Source of the DNA: Octopus bimaculoides
Taxonomy: Eukaryota
Length of the DNA: 63,342 bases
Direction: 5' to 3'
NCBI RefSeq assembly: GCF_001194135.2
Contig: NC_068984.1
Location: 27,272,588-27,335,929 of the forward strand
Shown: positions 11,907-24,955 of the stretch, piece by piece
Numbering within the stretch: position 1 is the first letter of the stretch
How the letters are laid out: each line of letters opens with the position of its first letter
The notes under the pieces: generated by a model
What the model was told of the DNA's origin: nothing
The model's input: only the letters and a program-made list of their open reading frames with translations
The model's database searches: none
Position numbers and translations under genes: made by a program

Positions 11907-12571
11907 ATGTATGTGTGTGTGCTGCATGAATGATCATGAAAAAATTATTTGACTCAATTGTTATATATATGTGTANNNNNNNNNNNNNNNNNNNNNNNNN
12001 NNNNNNNNNNNNNNNNNNNNNNNNNNNNNNNNNNNNNNNNNNNNNNNNNNNNNNTATATATATATATATATATGCGTATGTATGTATGTATGTATATATA
12101 TATATACATATACATGACAGTTGAGTCAAGTAATTTTTGTATGTATATATATGTATGTGTGTGTATGCATGTATATGTGTATGTATGTATACATACACAC
12201 ACAGATTTGCTGGGGTTTTTTGTGAGTGCGTTCATATGTATATGTGCATGTGTGTTTGTGTGTATGGGTGTGGATATGTGTTTGTGCATATATGTTGATA
12301 CCACCACATGACAACATTTTAATCAACTATTCATTGTATTCTGTTCTTGTTTTGCCATTATTTTTCTCCTCTTTCTCTTCTTCTCGCATCCTTCTCAAGC
12401 ATGATCTATCTGACATGAGACCAAATGAACAATTTAATTAAAATTGATCTCTTTGCATTCACTATTGATTTTATTCAATTTACTTTATTTTAGAAACACT
12501 GTCCAAAAATTTATGTTTGTATATACGTATACATATGTACACTCCCACATACATGCATATATATATATATG

Positions 12572-12613
<42 letters not shown>

Positions 12614-12641
12614 GATATGTATATGAGTACATATATCACTA

Positions 12642-12679
<38 letters not shown>

Positions 12680-13777
12680 TATATAAATATATATTATTAT
12701 ATAAATATATGTACATATATCTATATACATATATATGTATATATGTATGTATATGTATATATATGTACTCACAGACACACACACGTGCACACACACGTGC
12801 ACACACATATATATGTATATTTACATATATGTATTCATATGTGTATGTATACATATATATNNNNNNNNNNNNNNNNNNNNNNNNNNNNNNNNNNNNNNNN
12901 NNNNNNNNNNNNNNNNNNNNNNNNNNNNNNNNNNNNNNNNNNNNNNNNNNNNNNNNNNNNNNNNNNNNNNNNNNNNNNNNNNNNNNNNNNNNNNNNNNNN
13001 NNNNNNNNNNNNNNNNNNNNNNNNNNNNNNNNNNNNNNNNNNNNNNNNNNNNNNNNNNNNNNNNNNNNNNNNNNNNNNNNNNNNNNNNNNNNNNNNNNNN
13101 NNNNNNNNNNNNNNNNNNNNNNNNNNNNNNNNNNNNNNNNNNNNNNNNNNNNNNNNNNNNNNNNNNNNNNNNNNNNNNNNNNNNNNNNNNNNNNNNNNNN
13201 NNNNNNNNNNNNNNNNNNNNNNNNNNNNNNNNNNNNNNNNNNNNNNNNNNNNNNNNNNNNNNNNNNNNNNNNNNNNNNNNNNNNNNNNNNNNNNNNNNNN
13301 NNNNNNNNNNNNNNNNNNNNNNNNNNNNNNNNNNNNNNNNNNNNNNNNNNNNNNNNNNNNNNNNNNNNNNNNNNNNNNNNNNNNNNNNNNNNNNNNNNNN
13401 NNNNNNNNNNNNNNNNNNNNNNNNNNNNNNNNNNNNNNNNNNNNNNNNNNNNNNNNNNNNNNNNNNNNNNNNNNNNNNNNNNNNNNNNNNNNNNNNNNNN
13501 NNNNNNNNNNNNNNNNNNNNNNNNNNNNNNNNNNNNNNNNNNNNNNNNNNNNNNNNNNNNNNNNNNNNNNNNNNNNNNNNNNNNNNNNNNNNNNNNNNNN
13601 NNNNNNNNNNNNNNNNNNNNNNNNNNNNNNNNNNNNNNNNNNNNNNNNNNNNNNNNNNNNNNNNNNNNNNNNNNNNNNNNNNNNNNNNNNNNNNNNNNNN
13701 NNNNNNNNNNNNNNNNNNNNNNNNNNNNNNNNNNNNNNNNNNNNNNNNNNNNNNNNNNNNNNNNNNNNNNNNNNNNN

Positions 13778-13821
<44 letters not shown>

Positions 13822-14773
13822 TGCACACACACATACATGTATATGCATACACACACACAAACACACATAAGTATATGTGTGTTGTATGAGATGGTAGATT
13901 TATTTTGCACCTACATGATTCTGGGTAGAGTCCCGCTGTGAGACCATAGACAAATGTCAGTTACTATAGCCTTGGGTTGACGAACATCTTGTCACAGCAA
14001 CTGGTTATATAGGAACGGTTCAGAAGTTTGTTGTATGCACACATCTGCATGTATATGTTTGTACGAATGTTGTCTGTGTACATGTGTATGCATGTGTGTA
14101 TGTGTGTGTAAATATATATATATATATATATGTATTCATATATACATGTACTATATTTATATATAGTTATACATATGATAATTAACAAAATAAGAGAAGT
14201 GAGAGACGAAATCTTTATTTCATCTATTGACAGCTGTTTTACTATCTTCATCCAGTTATATCAACGTTTCATGGGAAGTAAACACCTTACCATGAAACGG
14301 TGTGTTGAGTAATTTGATTTGTTCTGTTAAACACAATTATATATTGATGTATGTGCATCTATATGCATATTTATATGTGCAATTGACATTTTAGCATTGC
14401 TGAGATAACAGGATACAAATTAAAAACAAGCAGTCATCAAATTGAATAAGCATTTCTCTCATTTCTCTTACTTTGTTAATTATTATATACTCTCTACTGC
14501 TATGATTCCTGGACTTTTAGAATGATTGTGACGTTAAACCTTTGTCTCAACTACTGTCTTTTTTGCTGGTCGTACATCAGGTAGGGAACTTACTGTGAAT
14601 GCTGTTTGCTTTTTTGACTCCTTATTCTTGCTGTACATACCTACCTACATACATACATATATATATACATACATATATATATACATACATACATATGTTT
14701 TTAAAATATATTATATACAAACATACATACACTCCCACACACAAACATATATGCATGTGTGTATATATATATA

Positions 14774-15232
14774 TCATCATCATCTTCATCATCATCGTTT
14801 AACGTCTGCTTTCCATGCTGGCATGGGTTCGATGGTTTCATTGAGGAGTGGCAAGCCAGAAGGCTGCACCAGGCTCCAATCTAATCTGGCAGAGTTTCTA
14901 CAGCTGGATGCCCTTCCTAATGCCAACCACTCTGAGAGTGTAGTGGGTGTTTTTACGTGCCACCGGCACGAGGGCCAGTGACATGGTACTGGCAATGGCC
15001 ACGCTCAAAAAGGTGTTTTTTACATGCCACCTGCATGGGAGCCAGTCCAGCGGCACTGGCAACGGCCTCGCTTGAATGATTTTCTAACGTGCCACCAGCA
15101 CAAGTGCTAGAAGGCGACGCTGGTAACGATTCCACTCAAATAGTGCTATTTACGGGCCACTAGCACGGAAGCCAGACAGCTGCTCTGGTAAAGAACATGC
15201 TCGGACAGTGTTGTTAGTGCTCCACTGGTGCA
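14774..15232 (-). mobile_element. RTE 3'-UTR-derived element with expanded internal ~63-bp subrepeats
   Basis: Reverse complement of the RTE 3' end with (CAT)n at left next to (TA)n; 4-5 diverged GTGCCACC.GCAC...CTGGCAACG units. Confidence 0.8.
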
Positions 15233-15308
15233 CAAAATATGAATTTCTACTTGGTTTTGGGTTTGAATCGAAACAATTGTAGGGGTTATTAATATGATAT
15301 TATGCTGC

Positions 15309-15614
15309 TGTTGTTTGTTCCTTCTTGAGCCATGCCTAGCTCATAAGGGCTGGTTTCCCAGTTTCAATGGCATATAGGTTCCCCACCTGGATGGGATATC
15401 GGTCCATCGCAGGTGAGCTGCTAGATGCAGGAGGAAAGAGTGAGAGAAAGTTGTGGTGAAAGAGTCAGCAGAAGTTCACCATTACCCTCTGCTGGTGTTG
15501 CATGGAGTTTAGATGTTTCACTCATAAACACACACATCACCTGGTCTGAGATTCGAACCTATGATCTCTTGACTGCAAGTCCACTGCTCTAACCACTAGG
15601 CCATGTGCCTCCAC
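15309..15614 (-). mobile_element. Full-length tRNA-derived SINE with V-SINE-like 3' region
   Basis: Minus strand: GTGGAGGCACATGGCCTAGTGGTTAGAGCAG (A box), GGTTCGAATCTC (B box), CCTGCGATGGACCGATATCCCATCCAGG motif, (AAC)n-like tail. Confidence 0.75.
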
Positions 15615-15781
15615 AATATTTATATAATAATAATGATATAATATTATGTTAAGAAATTAACATATATCAGTTTAAACTCTCCATTTTCCTTTTATCTTTA
15701 ATATATATGTGGTGCACCAGCACCACATATACTTGGCTGAAACACACAAATAAATAAATAAATAAATAAATATAAAGGGCA

Positions 15782-15930
15782 GAAGTGGCTGTGTAGTAAG
15801 AAGTTTGCTTCCCAACGACATGATTCAGGGTTCAGTCCCACTGCATGCACCTTGGGCAAGTGTCTTCTACTATAGCCTTGGGCCAACCAAAGACTTGTGA
15901 GTGGATTTAGTAGATGGAAACTGAAAGAGT
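15782..15930 (+). mobile_element. tRNA-derived SINE (CORE-like family) 5' half
   Basis: GTGGCTGTGTAGTAAG (A box)...GGTTCAGTCCC (B box)...ACCTTGGGCAAGTGTCTTCTACTATAGCC, as at 63145. Confidence 0.75.
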
Positions 15931-16229
15931 CAGGAAGAAGTCTTACATCTCTCACAATGGGATGTGAAATACAAATCAAAACGGCAGGGTTGGTTAATCG
16001 AAAGGAATTGAAAGAATGGTTTGTCATATTTAGTGTATTTGGTGTTACAGGAAGCATAGTAAAGCTAGGAGTGGGAGTCAGTTGTCATATATTGATGAAA
16101 AGTAGGTAGTAGGGTATATTTTTTGTAGTGCTGGAGATATCAAACAAAATACCAACAGGGGTCAGTTATGGAGGAGGTAAATTCTGAAGTGAGAAGAGTA
16201 ATTGGAAGAAATGAAAACGTATAGAGATA

Positions 16230-16446
16230 TTCTTTTCTACTCTAGGCACAAGGCCCGAAATTTTTGTGAAGGTGGGGCCAGTCGAATAGATCGACCCCAG
16301 CACACAGCTGGTACTTAATTTATCAACCCTGAAAAGATGAATAGCAAAGTTGACCTCGGTGGAATTTGAACTCAGAACGTAAATACAGACAAAATACTGC
16401 TAAGCATTTCGCCTGGTGTGCTAACGATTCTGCCAGCTCGCTGCCT
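16230..16446 (-). mobile_element. Meta-domain-like SINE, tail type A
   Basis: High similarity to 4950-5160. Confidence 0.8.
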
Positions 16447-16571
16447 TTTAAAATTATAGAATATTGTCTAGTGAATGAAGTAGCATGAATACAGTTGTTG
16501 GTATAATAAGTATGCAGCTGAACAGTAGTCCTGCAGAATGTATCTTCTCCAAGCTCATATCTTTCTTACAG

Positions 16572-16601
16572 GACTTGGCATGCAACAGTTTAAAGGAAGC
16601 A
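16572..16601 (+). CDS. Candidate 30-nt micro-exon of an unidentified host gene
   Basis: CTTTCTTACAG|GACTTGGCATGCAACAGTTTAAAGGAAGCA|GTAAGTA: near-consensus acceptor and donor, frame-preserving length, two open frames (DLACNSLKEA or GLGMQQFKGS). No homology recognised. Confidence 0.3.
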
Positions 16602-16697
16602 GTAAGTATTTCAAGGTTACGAATTTCAGAGCACAGCCCCTTCTTCTAGATTCCGCTAGCAGCAATATATATATATATATATATATTAAATACATTT

Positions 16698-16938
16698 AAT
16701 ACAAGGAATGTACATATGTATACCTATAAAAATGTCCGCCTTACACAGGATAGAAATGATATCAGGAATTAAAGAGGTTGAGTAGGAGTTTTACAAGTAT
16801 GACAGCTGTTTCTGCGGGCTTGGTGGTTCAAAGTAATAAGAAACAGCTGTTGGACTCGTAAAACAACTACTCAGCTCCTTTAATTCCTGTGTAAGTCGGA
16901 CTTTTTTTATATGTATACATCAGTACATTTTTTGTATT
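16698..16938. repeat. ~240-bp imperfect palindrome (foldback)
   Basis: Left arm ...GTCCGCCTTACACAGGA...GACAGCTGTTTCT pairs with right arm AGAAACAGCTGTT...TCCTGTGTAAGTCGGAC...; ~25-nt central loop (16814-16838); extra ~16-bp duplication in left arm. Confidence 0.8.
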
Positions 16939-17900
16939 GGTATTTTTTGTATATCGACTTGCCTAACTTGCTTGTCCTTACATGTACTCCTCTACCTGCT
17001 AAAGTTTAAATCTCTTGAGCACTACGAAGTGTATTCTATACGAATACCTGCCTCTACACATAATTATAAATATATATATATGTATATATATATCCATAAA
17101 TTCTTATAAAAGAATTTATCCTNNNNNNNNNNNNNNNNNNNNNNNNNNNNNNNNNNNNNNNNNNNNNNNNNNNNNNNNNNNNNNNNNNNNNNNNNNNNNN
17201 NNNNNNNNNNNNNNNNNNNNNNNNNNNNNNNNNNNNNNNNNNNNNNNNNNNNNNNNNNNNNNNNNNNNNNNNNNNNNNNNNNNNNNNNNNNNNNNNNNNN
17301 NNNNNNNNNNNNNNNNNNNNNNNNNNNNNNNNNNNNNNNNNNNNNNNNNNNNNNNNNNNNNNNNNNNNNNNNNNNNNNNNNNNNNNNNNNNNNNNNNNNN
17401 NNNNNNNNNNNNNNNNNNNNNNNNNNNNNNNNNNNNNNNNNNNNNNNNNNNNNNNNNNNNNNNNNNNNNNNNNNNNNNNNNNNNNNNNNNNNNNNNNNNN
17501 NNNNNNNNNNNNNNNNNNNNNNNNNNNNNNNNNNNNNNNNNNNNNNNNNNNNNNNNNNNNNNNNNNNNNNNNNNNNNNNNNNNNNNNNNNNNNNNNNNNN
17601 NNNNNNNNNNNNNNNNNNNNNNNNNNNNNNNNNNNNNNNNNNNNNNNNNNNNNNNNNNNNNNNNNNNNNNNNNNNNNNNNNNNNNNNNNNNNNNNNNNNN
17701 NNNNNNNNNNNNNNNNNNNNNNNNNNNNNNNNNNNNNNNNNNNNNNNNNNNNNNNNNNNNNNNNNNNNNNNNNNNNNNNNNNNNNNNNNNNNNNNNNNNN
17801 NNNNNNNNNNNNNNNNNNNNNNNNNNNNNNNNNNNNNNNNNNNNNNNNNNNNNNNNNNNNNNNNNNNNNNNNNNNNNNNNNNNNNNNNNNNNNNNNNNNN

Positions 17901-17939
<39 letters not shown>

Positions 17940-18012
17940 TGTATGTACATTATATATATGTATATATATATGTGTGTTTGTGAAGATATATGTATGAATG
18001 TACATATATACA

Positions 18013-18044
<32 letters not shown>

Positions 18045-18430
18045 CACAAATATATATATATAGATATATATATGTATGCACACGTGAATATATAGAAATA
18101 CATACATATATATATATATATGTAAATATATATACATACATGAATATATATATAATAAATGGATAAATCAATAGATAGATAGATAAGTTTTATTTAACTA
18201 TCTATCAACACACACACACACACATACACAAGAACATATACACCTCACACCTGTACAAGTGGGTACGTTCATCTCTACAATCAATCAGTCAATCAACCAG
18301 TCGGTCAATAACATTAAACAACTTCAATAAACGTAGTTCCAATGCAATGAAGCAAAGAAATTTAGGAAGTGAATAGTGGGTATGTTTATAAATGTAGTAA
18401 GATGCTTGTTTTTTGTTAGTTTGTGCATGT

Positions 18431-18461
<31 letters not shown>

Positions 18462-18974
18462 AGTATATGTGTATGTTTCTTATATGCATGTATATGTTTA
18501 TTTGTATATATATCTTTATGTATCTGTGTATAATGGAATTGTATGTACATTGCAGTGCGTACATATATATATATATATANNNNNNNNNNNNNNNNNNNNN
18601 NNNNNNNNNNNNNNNNNNNNNNNNNNNNNNNNNNNNNNNNNNNNNNNNNNNNNNNNNNNNNNNNNNNNNNNNNNNNNNNNNNNNNNNNNNNNNNNNNNNN
18701 NNNNNNNNNNNNNNNNNNNNNNNNNNNNNNNNNNNNNNNNNNNNNNNNNNNNNNNNNNNNNNNNNNNNNNNNNNNNNNNNNNNNNNNNNNNNNNNNNNNN
18801 NNNNNNNNNNNNNNNNNNNNNNNNNNNNNNNNNNNNNNNNNNNNNNNNNNNNNNNNNNNNNNNNNNNNNNNNNNNNNNNNNNNNNNNNNNNNNNNNNNNN
18901 NNNNNNNNNNNNNNNNNNNNNNNNNNNNNNNNNNNNNNNNNNNNNNNNNNNNNNNNNNNNNNNNNNNNNNNNNN

Positions 18975-19049
<75 letters not shown>

Positions 19050-19834
19050 AGTATATGTAGGTGGTTATGTATGTGTTTTTGTAAGGTGATTTATATTTCA
19101 CAGGTGCTAAGCAGACCGAAACGAAAGCTAAAATCAAAAACCAGAACTTGAAGTTTTTCACATAAGCAGGACTGATATCATAATTGGTGACAGATATAAA
19201 TTCTTGACAGGTCAACAAATAGCAAGAGGATAGATGAGGTGAGAAAGGATGTAGAGGTGCTGGGTGGAGTGAATAATATTGTTTAGGGGTGAGGATGGTT
19301 TGGAAGTATGATCAGTGTTAGGAAACTGAAACTTATTAAATCCTAGAAAAAATATAATTTAAAAATAGCAATGTTTACATGTATGCATATACTTATTTGA
19401 ACACATACATATAAACATGTATGTGTTTGAATTTGTGTGTATATGTATGCTTATGTATATAAATAAACTGATGTGGAGATATAGACATATGAAAAGAGAA
19501 ATATATTCATATTCATAGGTTTATAAGATTAGACTTACACTGTCATGTACACATAAGCCTCTAACTTAAGAAGTAATGTAAACTCATAGTATTTAAGTAT
19601 ATTTTTGTAGATGTAAGTAATGCACATATGTATGTATGTATGTATGTATTCTTTGTTATTAAAAATTTTTTTATTTCCTTTGCAGCATTCAAGACAGTGA
19701 TTAACAAAGTGGCAAGGTCTTTTTGTTTAAATCAAAATAGTTCACTTTTGATTTACTTTTATTAATTTTGTTGTTTCTGGTTGTTTTTAGTTGTTTGAAT
19801 AAACTGTGTTTTCTCATTCTCTTGTGCTGTTATA

Positions 19835-20160
19835 GAACAGGAAATCACGAACGATCTCAAGGTTGATCACAACATAGTTATCAAAGAAGGTAGTGCTGTG
19901 GTCACCATGCCCTCAGAACATAAAAAAAAAGACGCTGCACTTCTACTTAGTGTCAACACCTACAATGTAGAAATAAACAATTACCAACAATCTAAACTAA
20001 TGAAGTAACTCATGGCCTTCACCCAGCTGTTCCAAAATGACTTAATTGAAAAGAAAAGGGGCTATTTAATAAGATTTGAATCCAAAACCTGCAAATTTTA
20101 TGGACTTCCCAAAATGCACATGAGTAAAACAATAAATGAAGCAAGCAGAGGATCAACCTC
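19835..20160 (+). pseudogene. Penelope-like element reverse transcriptase N-terminal fragment
   Basis: Pieces translate as EQEITNDLKVDHNIVIKE-GSAVVT (cf. NIVIK.ADKG.AVV) and RFESKTCKFYGLPKMH (cf. FYGLPKIHK), hallmark motifs of Penelope/Poseidon-type RTs; frameshifted. Confidence 0.7.
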
Positions 20161-20243
20161 AATGCTTTTTTAACTTACTACATTGCAAAGATCTCCCAGT
20201 TGTTGTTAATGGTATTTATAAAGATTTGAAATTCCCTAATTTA

Positions 20244-20278
<35 letters not shown>

Positions 20279-20283
20279 AACCC

Positions 20284-20493
20284 TTTCTGCTATAGGCACA
20301 AACGCTGAAGTTTTGGGGGAGAGGACTAGTTGATTATATTGATCCCAGTATTTCACTGCTACTTAATCTATTGACCCCAAAAGAATGAAAGGCATAACTG
20401 ACCTTGGTGGACTTTGAACTCAGAACATAAGGATGGACAAAATATTGCTAACCATTTTGCTCAACATGCTAATGATTCTGCCAGCTCACTGCC
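20284..20493 (-). mobile_element. Meta-domain-like SINE, tail type A
   Basis: Similarity to 4950-5160. Confidence 0.75.
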
Positions 20494-20517
20494 TTAACAA
20501 CAACAACAACAACATTA

Positions 20518-21657
20518 GAATCTCTAAATGTTTGAGATGTAAGAATTTCATGTGGCATTTTCCAGTGTGACTCACTATCACCACTTCTCTTTTGTCTAGC
20601 CTTAATAGCTGTCTTGAAATTGCTCAGTGATGCACAGTACGGTTATAAAATGTTTGATAAAAATATAAATAATATTATTTACATGGATGATTTAAAGCTA
20701 TTTGCAAAAAATTACCAACAACTCAAGGGCTTACTAGCGATTGTTAAACAATTCAGTGATGACATCAGGATGCAATTTGGCCTCCATAAATGTGCGAAAG
20801 CTACCTTTATCAAAGAAAAATTGACAGAAACATCTAACATTAACCTTGACCAACAGAATGTCATAAAAGAGTTAGAAGCAGCGGAAAGCTACAAATACCT
20901 AGGGGTAATTGAAAGGGATGGAATCAAACATGCAGTGACAAGGGAAAGGATCAGAAGAGAATGTTATTGTAGGGCGAGAGCAACACTGAAGATGGAGTTA
21001 AATGCAAGAAACAGGATCAAAGTAATCAATGCTTTAGCCATACCAGTCGTGACTTACGGTTTCAATATCATTAACTGGTCATTTACTGAAATATGTAATC
21101 TTGACAGAAAAATACAAAAACTGTTGAGAATGCATAGAATGCACCACCCTAAGGCACATATAGAACGACTTTATCTGTCAAGAAAAGAGGGAGGCCGTGG
21201 ACTTTTACAACTGGCATTAACAATGAAGATTGTCACAATTGGCCTAGACACTTATTTGAAAAACTCTGAGGACCTGATGTTAAAACTTGTCTCAAAACAT
21301 GAAAACAAGAAAGCATCATACTCAGTAATAAAACAAACAAAGGAATATCTAAGTGAATTCCAAATTCAACAAATTCCAGAATTAGATGTACTTGAAAGAA
21401 GCACAGAAAAAGCTAAATACATGAAAACCTATTCTATATACATGAAAACCTATTAGATATTCTGACTGATAAATGGCAAAAAAAAAAAACTCTCAATGGC
21501 AAATACCCAAATGCTGATGTTGACAAAGCCCTTACCCATCAATGGCTAAGGGCTTAAAATCTGAAACAGAAGAGTTTATCATAGCAGCCCGAGATCAATG
21601 CCTACCTACAAGGAACTACCAGGCCAACATATTAAAGAACGGCAGCTCCCCAATATG
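20518..21657 (+). pseudogene. Non-LTR retrotransposon RT fragment, R4/Dong-like (RLE type), truncated at both ends
   Basis: In-frame CGIFQCDSLSPLLFCLAL (QGDSLSP motif), YMDDLKLF, FGLHKC, YKYLG, INALAIPVVTY, HHPKAHIERLYLSRKEGGRGL; after frameshifts GLKSETEEFIIAARDQCLPTRNYQANILKNG, ending just before the expected CCHC knuckle. Clade assignment from remembered motif patterns. Confidence 0.85.
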
Positions 21658-22599
21658 ATAACGATGATTTCAAATTTTGTACCTCTATGAAAGGAATGAG
21701 CTGCTAGCAGATGAACAGAAGGACTGCAAGAAGGAAACAAGCAGATCAGTTGCTGAAAGATAAGGCATGTTGATTCCATATAAGAAATAGCAAATAAAAT
21801 TTGTAATATACAGGTAAACATTAACCAAATCTTAAAACCAGGATTGAGCTGCTTTCTTAGAATTTCCAAAATAATAGCATTTATCGATATGGGATTAAAA
21901 GTTGATAAAGGAGTGCATAAACACTTTCATGACAACTAAGTAATCCAAGTGAACAAATTGCAAATGTTTGAGTCAGTATCATGCTTCAAATAGGGATAAA
22001 CTATTTAATTATGCAGATAATCATAAAATCATTAATATGCTTCTGTTTGTCACATCAAGTCAAAAGCCATGCTAGAAGAGATTATGTAACATTATTTAAT
22101 ATATTCTTTAGATATGATATCCTGGTTTGTTTGCTTTACTCTCCATATCCAACAAGTTTGATCTGTAGATTTCTCCAGTTGTTTTCTAGTAAAGAGAAAT
22201 ATCAAAAATATTAAACAATAAAATAGCAATTTGTGGACAATACTTAATGTAAAGCATGATGTGGTTTTTGCTTGAGAGAAAATCTCTTCATAAATATATT
22301 GTTTCAAAAACACAGTATGCATCAGAACAATGTGAACATTATAGCAGTAACTTACAAGAATATCATGCATTTAAGCCTTCTTGGCCCTAGTCAATGATGC
22401 ATATCTGCTTGTTACCTGCCTAAAAGAAAATTTTTTATTCTGCTGTATTGGAAACAGTGAATAATGCATTCACTGATATTGTGGAAAGCTTGCCAGACTG
22501 TAATATATTCAGTGTATGCAATTACTGTTATGTGCACAGACATTCAAGACTGGATTCAGAGAAGGACCACTTAGTTGACTGTCACTCTGTCACTAATGT

Positions 22600-22860
22600 T
22601 CACTCTTTAGTTTCTCTCCCATAGGTGTGCTGTCTCTTCTCTCTGTCTTTTCTATTACTACTATAATGGCTTCTGCTCCTTGGAGCTTGGCTGATCTTGC
22701 ACCTCCAGCACTTAGGTGCCCTTGACTACTTTGTCTCTCCACCTCTCATCATTTTCATTGTGTCCAACCCATCTTTCCCTGCACTAGACAATTATTCTCT
22801 AGAGCGTTATCTCTCTGGAATCTTCTCCCTGCTCATATCTTTACTATGACTATTGATCCA
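22600..22860 (-). pseudogene. Ancient RTE-type LINE C-terminal remnant
   Basis: Minus strand translates RERWVGHNENDERWRDKVV, resembling RW.GH..R..D.RW of RTE ORF ends; heavily degraded. Confidence 0.4.
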
Positions 22861-24572
22861 CAACAATTTAAATGGAACAACATCTAATAGCAACATATTT
22901 TGGATTGCAAACTATATCGTTTACCTTTACCTTATATTTTGTAAACCATGTTTTGTTGTAGTTTAGCCTCTGTTTTTCACCACTTGCTAACTTTATAATG
23001 TACACATATACAAATTTTTTGTGAAGCAACTCACAAAACATCATTTTATGCATGGTTTCATCATTCTCTTTCCTTGTTCAATCACAAGTAGTACAATGTT
23101 TGCGTCTATAAGAATTGAGAAAGAAAACTAAATTTGAGCCCATTCAGTATAAAATAAACCTATTGTAAAAAGTTCTCTGTAAGGAAGAAAAAAAATTAAT
23201 GTGAAGAGACATGACATTACTAGAAGACAAAAATAAAAAAGAAAAAGACCCAAAGAATAATTTGCAAGTATGCAAATAAAGCTGATGAAACAAATAACTT
23301 AATATAAAGATGACAAAATCAAAGAGCATTACTCAAATACAATTGATAGAGAAATTTCAAAGGATAAATAAGAAAATTTGAAAAATACAAACAAGGGTAA
23401 TAAAAATAAGTTTTAAAAGAACAAAATAAAAAAATAACATTGAGAATTCGACAGAAGAAAACATATATTGAAAAGATAGCGTTAAAAAGGAATAATGGTG
23501 TATTTCTTGAGAAGCAAAAACAAAAAAAAAAAAAGAAAAGAAAAAGAAATGGAGTAGATAGAAATATTGGTTTCAATTTTAGCTCAAGATTTATTAACCC
23601 TAAGAAGATGAAAAGCAAAGTCAACCTTGGTGGCATTTGAACTCAGAATGTAATGACAGACAAAATGTTATTAAGCATTTTTCCACAGAAACATTACAAA
23701 ACAACCACTTATTAAATATAATAAAGGTAAAATGGTTAAAATGGACAATAAATTGAGGATATCAGATTAGTGTAAAAAATTATTGTTTGCTCATTTATTT
23801 ATCTATTTACTTATTCAAGAGAAAGGGGGATCGGCAGGATTGGTAAAATATCATACAAAACATCCTGCAATGAACTAAATTTAATAGTTCAGAGAGAATA
23901 CTTTTCTTTGGTATTCATGGTAAACCTAAATCAATAAGTTGGATGTTAGTAGGAGCTCTTTTATTGATATTTATAATTTCATTCTGTTTCTATGCTTTGC
24001 TTTCTGTACTTATGCTTTCATAATTGGTGCTGCATAAAACCCCATAGTATTTTGCAATCTATTCTTGTAATGTCCCTGTATCTGTCACCCTTGTGACAAA
24101 TAAAAGCATAATTCTTCTTGTATGTTATCAATAATCGAAAGAAATCAATATTGTTATAATTATTGCTAAAAGAAACTGTCATTATGTGATTTTGTTTTCA
24201 TTCTCTGGTAAAGCAATTTTGCATTTTTACTAGTTTCTTTAGTTAAAACATGAATTTTACCGAGTTAATAAGGGAGCCTATATAAGGTTGCTTAACCTGC
24301 TAGAAATAGCAGCAAAGTCTTTCTCAAGCCCTCACACTTCTGTCTTAAAGAGGAAAAAATACACTAAATAATATTTCTGAATGTCTCTAAAAGGGTAGGA
24401 CGGTCATAGTTGAAATACCTTTTATCATAGGTTTGTTTGATGAGGTTTGACTTGGGACAAGTCAACAACGACATAAATGTGACAACTTCCTGTTCCCTCT
24501 CTCCAGTACACATTCCTCCTCAAAATATTTGATAAGTTTATATTTATGTAAGAAACAATTGTCATCAATATG

Positions 24573-24620
<48 letters not shown>

Positions 24621-24955
24621 TGTGCATGTATGCATATACCAATATGTATACCTATATATATCATACATGTATATATAATTATACCCGTGGGCGGGTATAA
24701 TTAATGAATTAATTAATACACTATCGTTATAGGAAGATCCGATAGGAAATCTTGATGTACAGCGGGGATGAATTTTTGGCAAGGGATTTTTACGCTGTAA
24801 ACGGGGCGGTGTACGTCGCTGGATTTCGGTTGACTGGTTTGTTTACATTCTGTAAGAAAATAACGATGGTAGGTTGCGTGCCGTCGATTATTCTTTCACC
24901 CTCTTGGATGATGTGTGTGTTTTGCTAATAATAGTATTGGTGATGGCAATAATGC

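Noticed and set aside
11629-19218. Many long ORFs (up to 433 aa) rich in YI/HT/CV and X
   Set aside because: They are translations of (TA)n, (CA)n and (TG)n microsatellites and N-gaps; the same applies near 25000, 34000, 40400, 42200 and 62700.
19686-19716. Exon after strong acceptor TTTATTTCCTTTGCAG
   Set aside because: Only weak downstream donors (GTGATT, GTCTTT) and no recognisable product.
22352-22430. Minus-strand exon with strong acceptor and GTAAGT donor
   Set aside because: All three frames contain stop codons.
22625-22720. Apparent + strand exon encoding a hydrophobic peptide (GVLSLLSVFSITTIMASAPW)
   Set aside because: Better explained as the antisense of a degraded RTE remnant on the minus strand.
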